Positions 59,377-64,000 of a stretch of 64,000 nucleotides of DNA are shown here, one piece after another. The stretch lies in the NCBI RefSeq assembly GCF_036365525.1, contig NC_090373.1, forward strand, positions 100,675,082 to 100,739,081. Direction: 5' to 3'. The notes beneath the pieces are model-generated. The model made no database searches and was not told the DNA's origin. It saw only the letters and a list, made by a program, of their open reading frames with translations. This DNA is from Heterodontus francisci. Lineage: Eukaryota. The stretch's first letter is position 1, and every line of letters starts with the position of its first letter. Position numbers and translations under genes: made by a program.

Positions 59377-59630
59377 ATGTCTGAAAGTTCACCTGTAGGG
59401 CGCAGAATCCCTAAATTTTCAGAGGAATCAGTAGAAATGCTGCTCATCCATATCAGTTAGAGGAGGGAGGCCCTGTTTGAGATACAGGGGAGCAGGTCAT
59501 CCAAAGAAACTATGCGGGCAGACTGGAAAGAGGTGACTATGGCAGTCAGTGATCCTTCTCCTAATCCTCAAATGGCTACAAGACATTTGATGACCTTCCC
59601 AAGTCTTAATAAGTCAGGCAAAATAGGACG
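59377..59630 (+). pseudogene. Fossil Myb/SANT-like DNA-binding ORF of Harbinger type
   Basis: MSESSPVGRRIPKFSEESVEMLL..*RREALF..GSRSSKETMRADWKEVTMAVS, then frameshifted YKTFDDL; fits the R..RFS..E.E.L..W.EV...KKFNDL pattern. Confidence 0.68.
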
Positions 59631-60536
59631 AGTCAGCCACACCTTCCAAGATGGACTGTACTCAAAATTTTGCTACTTACAATCACCTATCTTGCATTAT
59701 ATTTAAGTGCTTCAAGAGCTTATCATTAATATCCAGGAGTTTTTATAGGGCATTTTATAAGCTGAAGTTTCGCATTCAAGTATTTTCTCACCTGTGGATT
59801 TACATAGGAACAGAAATAGGCCAATCAACCCCTCGGGCCTCCCCTGCCATTCAATTAGATCATGCCTGATCTGCACCTTAACTCTGTAAGAAACATTCTC
59901 GGAAATCTATTAGTTCCATGTGGACTTGTATCATTTCTATTGATTTTAAGTATTGTGCTGCTTGAAATACTACACAGAAGCAAAAAGGCACAAAAAGAGA
60001 CTAAAACAAATACATTAGAGCAGGTAGTTTTAGACCATGTGCATTGTTCTGACAATGTTATTTTTCATGTTTTTCTATGAAGTATATGGGAGAATTTGGT
60101 GAGCATCCTACATTTTCTCCAACAAGTAGTTGAGCATAATTAGGCATTCACTGATAAACCTGGGCACTGCAATGAATAATTTGTCTGGTTATGGACACTG
60201 CTTCCATTCTGAGTATCTGAGAACAAATGTTGGAAAATAGTCTGAATTGTAAGAAAGGCTCCACTTTATTTTCAATTATTTTTCTGATCTTCTCTTGTCT
60301 CCTTTGCCATGCAATTTATTGATTGATAGTAGACCTACAACCATTCATCCCTCAATCAATGCAGCTTTGCAAAGTCGGCATGACAGTGGTCTAGGGGTGA
60401 CATTAATTTGGATTTTTCCAATCTTTTCCCCCTAATTTTCCCTTCCAATGGAGACATGCCTGGTGTCCAATCAGCATCATACACAGCAGTATAGGAATAA
60501 TGTGCACAAATCCACACCCCATTGTCACCATGATGT

Positions 60537-61556
60537 TGTCATGCACGGAAGGAGCCATGATGAAATAAACAATAAAATGGAAGAATTATGAATTTAAAAA
60601 GCCAACTGTTAAACAAAACCACAAGAATATGGACACTTGTACAAAGGTCAAAATAGAGTAGTGGTCACATGACCCATCCTGTACTGGAATCTACAAACTT
60701 GTCTGTCAAGATGGAACTTGTTAACCTCATCTGAAATAGCTCCATCGAGATTGAAAGGAGCACTATTGCATATTGATGACTTCTAGCTACATGAATTCAC
60801 TAACAAAGGATGCTGGAGACAGTCTGACTCACAGCCAAACCAGAATGAATTGGTGTCAAGTAGGCACACCATAACGGGTACTCATACAGACATCAGCAGA
60901 TAGCCATGGATTCCACATCCTAGTCCATTATGTAGTCACACCAGGGGAGAAGACCATGTGTCTCCTAACAGAAACTCTAATATGACAGATTTTGACCTTA
61001 AAATGCAGCCCTCTGGAGAGATAGTGGAGATCAAGCCAACACCTTCAGAAAGAAGTCCAACTAGAGGTTGTGGAAAGAGATCCATGCAAGCAAGAAGAAG
61101 CGCCACTACTAATTCTACACTTCATCTTGCCACAGCAGAGACCTGAAAGTGACCACAACCTCCAGTCTGAAGTCTTAATCACCAGAAATCTACAAAATCT
61201 CAACAAGTTCAAGATGGCAAATACCCAGGCCTGCACCTTTAAAAAGAGACTGTCCTCCTTAGAAGATTCAACGGGTTTACCATAAACCATGAACACCTAC
61301 CTCCCTTTGAACTACATCCTACCCTTTTTTCTCTATTTATCTATTCCGGTGTATGTGTATGTGTGTGTGAGGTTGCAACCATTTTGGGAATTGTGTAAAA
61401 ATAAAGATTTTTTTTTAAACCTATGAGAAAACCTATCTTTTCTCTGTTTATTTGACCCTAAAACAAATCCTTACCATTTTTAACAAAATATGATTGCGGT
61501 CAGTTGGGAGGTGAACAGTGGGAACCACCCACACCCCTTTCCACCTGTCTGTAACA
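60537..61556. mobile_element. Solo LTR (1.02 kb), related to 12614-13640
   Basis: TGTCA...TAACA ends, TSD ATGT; shares aaac.tatgagaaaacct with the 12.6-kb LTR. Confidence 0.83.
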
Positions 61557-61652
61557 ATGTGAACACCAGTGCTCCAACAGGCAATACAATCAAACAGCAC
61601 ATAGCAGTCCAGAGTGTTAATTCTTAAAGACCTATTGCACTATAGTGTCAAC

Positions 61653-62098
61653 AGTGGCTCAACGGATAACACTCTCACCTCTGGATTAGAAGGCTGTGTG
61701 TTCAAGTCCTACTCCAGAAACCTGAGTACATAATTCTGGCTGATACTCCAGTGTTAGACTGAGAGTGCATTGCACTGTCAGAAGTGCTGCTTTCAGATGT
61801 TAAACTAAAGCTCCAACTATACTCTCAGCTGGATGTAAGTAATCTCATGGTACTACTTTGAAAAGAATGTGCATTTTCCCCACCATCCTGGCTAACATTT
61901 ATTCCTCAAACTACATCACTACAACAGATTATGTGGCCATTACAAATTGCTATTATTGGAACATTGCTATGTATAAAATGGCTGCCATGTTTCCTACATT
62001 ACAACAGTGACTACACTTTAAATAGCACTTCATTGGCTGTAAAGTGCTTTGGGATGTCCTGATGTCAGGAAAAATACTTTATAAATGCAATTCTTTCT
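61653..62098 (+). mobile_element. Deu-domain SINE (SacSINE1-like), near full length
   Basis: tRNA-like head (tggctcaacgg...gttcaagtcc), then tggctgccatgtttcctacattacaacagtgactacactt...attggctgtaaagtgctttgggatgtcctga. Confidence 0.75.
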
Positions 62099-62269
62099 GT
62101 TCATAATAATGATCTAGTTATATAATTGTAAAAAAACATTAATTTTCAAATAAATAAATCTACTACTTGTAGAACAGATAATTTTTGTAAATTAATCTTT
62201 GATGATATTTCAACTGAATTATTATTGTAAGTCAAAGAACCATATCCTTGAATAAATGTTGTACCATAC

Positions 62270-62429
62270 CTTCACTTCTCCTGTTAGACCACCAACAAAC
62301 AGGTAAGCATTTGCATCTACATCAAGTATTGTGTAGCCTTCAGGTGATACTGCGCTGTAAGTCGTTGGCATGATGCTTGCCCTTGGACCATCTAGTGCAC
62401 GCACAGAAACTGTACCATTTCTTCTAAAC
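62270..62429 (-). CDS. LAMA2: LAMA2 exon 48-equivalent (LG1), 160 bp
   Basis: ttacaaaaaag|G...AAG|gtatgg; FRRNGTVSVRALDGPRASIMPTTYSAVSPEGYTILDVDANAYLFVGGLTGEVK. Confidence 0.96.
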
Positions 62430-62721
62430 CTTTTTTGTAAAAGAGATGATCAATTACTGCTGTAGTTTACAAATTAAGAGAGAACTGAAGGCTAAACAAT
62501 ACATAACAAAATTACATTCAGTTCAAGTGAAATTTATTTTTCACAAGCAGGCTTCATGGTCAACGTACAATACACTTGCCATCATAGTAAGATGGGGATG
62601 AAAAAATAATGACTGTGCTAGCAAAAATGAAGAAGTAATAGCAGTATATTAGAATAGTGAACAATGTGAGTATTTTTTTTAAATCATCCCATTTTGTAAC
62701 TTATTTTCTTATGCTTTTATA

Positions 62722-64000
62722 TAGAAACATAGAAAATTTACAGCACTGAAGGAGGCCATTTCGACTATTCATGTCTGTGCCAGTTGAAAAAAGAGTTATC
62801 CAGCCTAGTCACACTTTACAGCTTTTGGTCTATAACCCTGTGAGGAGGGTTCCGTCCTCTACCACCCTTTCAGGCAGTGAGCTCCAGACCCCTGTAAGGC
62901 ATTTCAGTATCTCTTCTAGTTCTGTTATGCTGTAAGGCATTTTTAATATCTCCTGCATTTCTGTTTATAAGTAAAATGTAACTAGTTGTGGTGTGGACCA
63001 GTGTGTCGAGCTCACTGGGTGGTAAGAACATGGAGGCAAAGGACATCAGGACGAAGGGGGCAGAATTCTGACCAAAGATATCATTGCTTGGGCTCATATT
63101 GGATTTTTAAAAATAAAGACAGTGTAACTCTACAAGGACACACACTCATACATACACCCCCAAAGACAAGTCAGGACATGCCACTAAGGTGGTAACCCTA
63201 GGCTATTACAACATCAGACACTCTGTCTACTACCATTCTCATGGACAATGGCCTCTTGGAATAAGTGTGAATGGTTTCCTCCTTGCCTTATCAAGATGGA
63301 GATAACACATATATTCCTGGTATGCACCTAAGATTCCCCCCCAACCCCTTCTGAGAGCAGGATATTATCACATGCAGGTGATCTTGCATAGCCATGGTGG
63401 GATTGATAAGGCACTGAAACACAATCAGATGACCCAATTTGAGACATTACCTTATATGTCAAGGGACCAGGGTCAGAAAGGGATTTAAAGCTACAGCTCA
63501 CAAGGATGTTGTTGTTGCAGCTGGGAAGTGTGACTTGGTCAGTCACAGGAAGTCGTGTGGAAGAATTTGTGCAGCGGATTTGAATGAGTTCCTGTACGCT
63601 GGTCTAACTAAGAAACTGGTGTTGTAAGTATATACTATTGCTTAGTGGGTTATAAAGGTATTCCATGTAAAGTGGAAATTGTATCCAAAGTTTGTTTCAT
63701 GCGATTGATACTCAGTATGAGGTCCGGACCTTAGAGGGAAGTGAGACCCCCTGTTTAAGAGTCTTACACCCCCACCACACTCTGGGTGAAAACTATTTTT
63801 CCTCAACTCCCCTCCAATCCTCCTGGCAATTACTTCAAATCTGTGCCGCATGGTTATTGTCCTCTCTGCTAAGGAAAATAGATCCTGCCTATACAGTCTA
63901 TCGCGGCTCTTCATAATTTAATACACCTCAATTAAATGTCCTCTCTTAGTTTCAAAGAAAAAAAATTCCAACCTATCCAATTTTGCCTCATAGCTAAAAT
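62722..64000 (-). mobile_element. CR1 3' fragment interrupted by a solo LTR
   Basis: Tail atagaaacatagaaa at 62721; the CR1 sequence resumes across the LTR (ccagacccc | caccacactctgggtgaaaa). Confidence 0.8.
62893..63768. mobile_element. Solo LTR (876 bp)
   Basis: Termini TGTAAG...CTTACA (inverted), 4-bp TSD CCCC. Confidence 0.82.

Larger units (their letters stand above)
1..62429 (-). other. LAMA2: Laminin subunit alpha-2 gene, partial (exons equivalent to human 48-63; LG1-LG5 region); extends beyond both window ends
   Basis: 16 exons on the minus strand, all with AG/GT boundaries and continuous phase. The joined translation matches recalled human LAMA2 (e.g. SVRALDGP, GCMGET, FDGEGYA, RRKRRQTGQ, MARINHADFAT, ADILDVVGM). 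Exon lengths match the recalled human values except exon 58. Confidence 0.97.

Noticed and set aside
46690-59630. One large autonomous Harbinger element spanning the transposase and Myb fossils
   Set aside because: Five conserved LAMA2 exons lie between them, so they must be separate insertions.
1-62429. Assignment of the host gene to LAMA1 or another laminin alpha chain
   Set aside because: RRKRRQTGQ, SMKARPEVNLKKY, MARINHADFAT and the exon-length series match recalled LAMA2 specifically.

Overview
Eukaryotic (vertebrate, very probably cartilaginous-fish/shark) genomic DNA. The whole window lies inside one minus-strand gene, laminin subunit alpha-2 (LAMA2). I could place 16 consecutive coding exons with GT-AG boundaries and consistent phase (equivalent to human exons 48-63, from the end of LG1 to the start of LG5), including a 12-nt microexon (S-MKA-R) and the RRKRR furin-type site of LG3. 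The introns are mostly transposable elements: many CR1 LINE fragments plus one copy with an uninterrupted 968-aa ORF2; two RT-less Gmr1-like (SCAN-gag) LTR elements; four solo LTRs; V-SINEs and Deu-domain SINEs; a tRNA-headed LINE with a matching head+tail SINE; Harbinger-type MITEs with fossil Harbinger transposase and Myb ORFs; a hAT MITE; and fold-back Penelope-like elements carrying minimal hammerhead-ribozyme motifs on both arms. Best leads: the double-hammerhead fold-back elements, the tRNA-headed LINE/SINE pair, the microexon with an RBFOX/MBNL-like motif cluster, and a decayed duplicate of exon 54 that keeps its splice acceptor. Most ORF-track entries are TE fragments or spurious. Family names, exon numbering and the taxon come from recalled consensus features, not from database searches.
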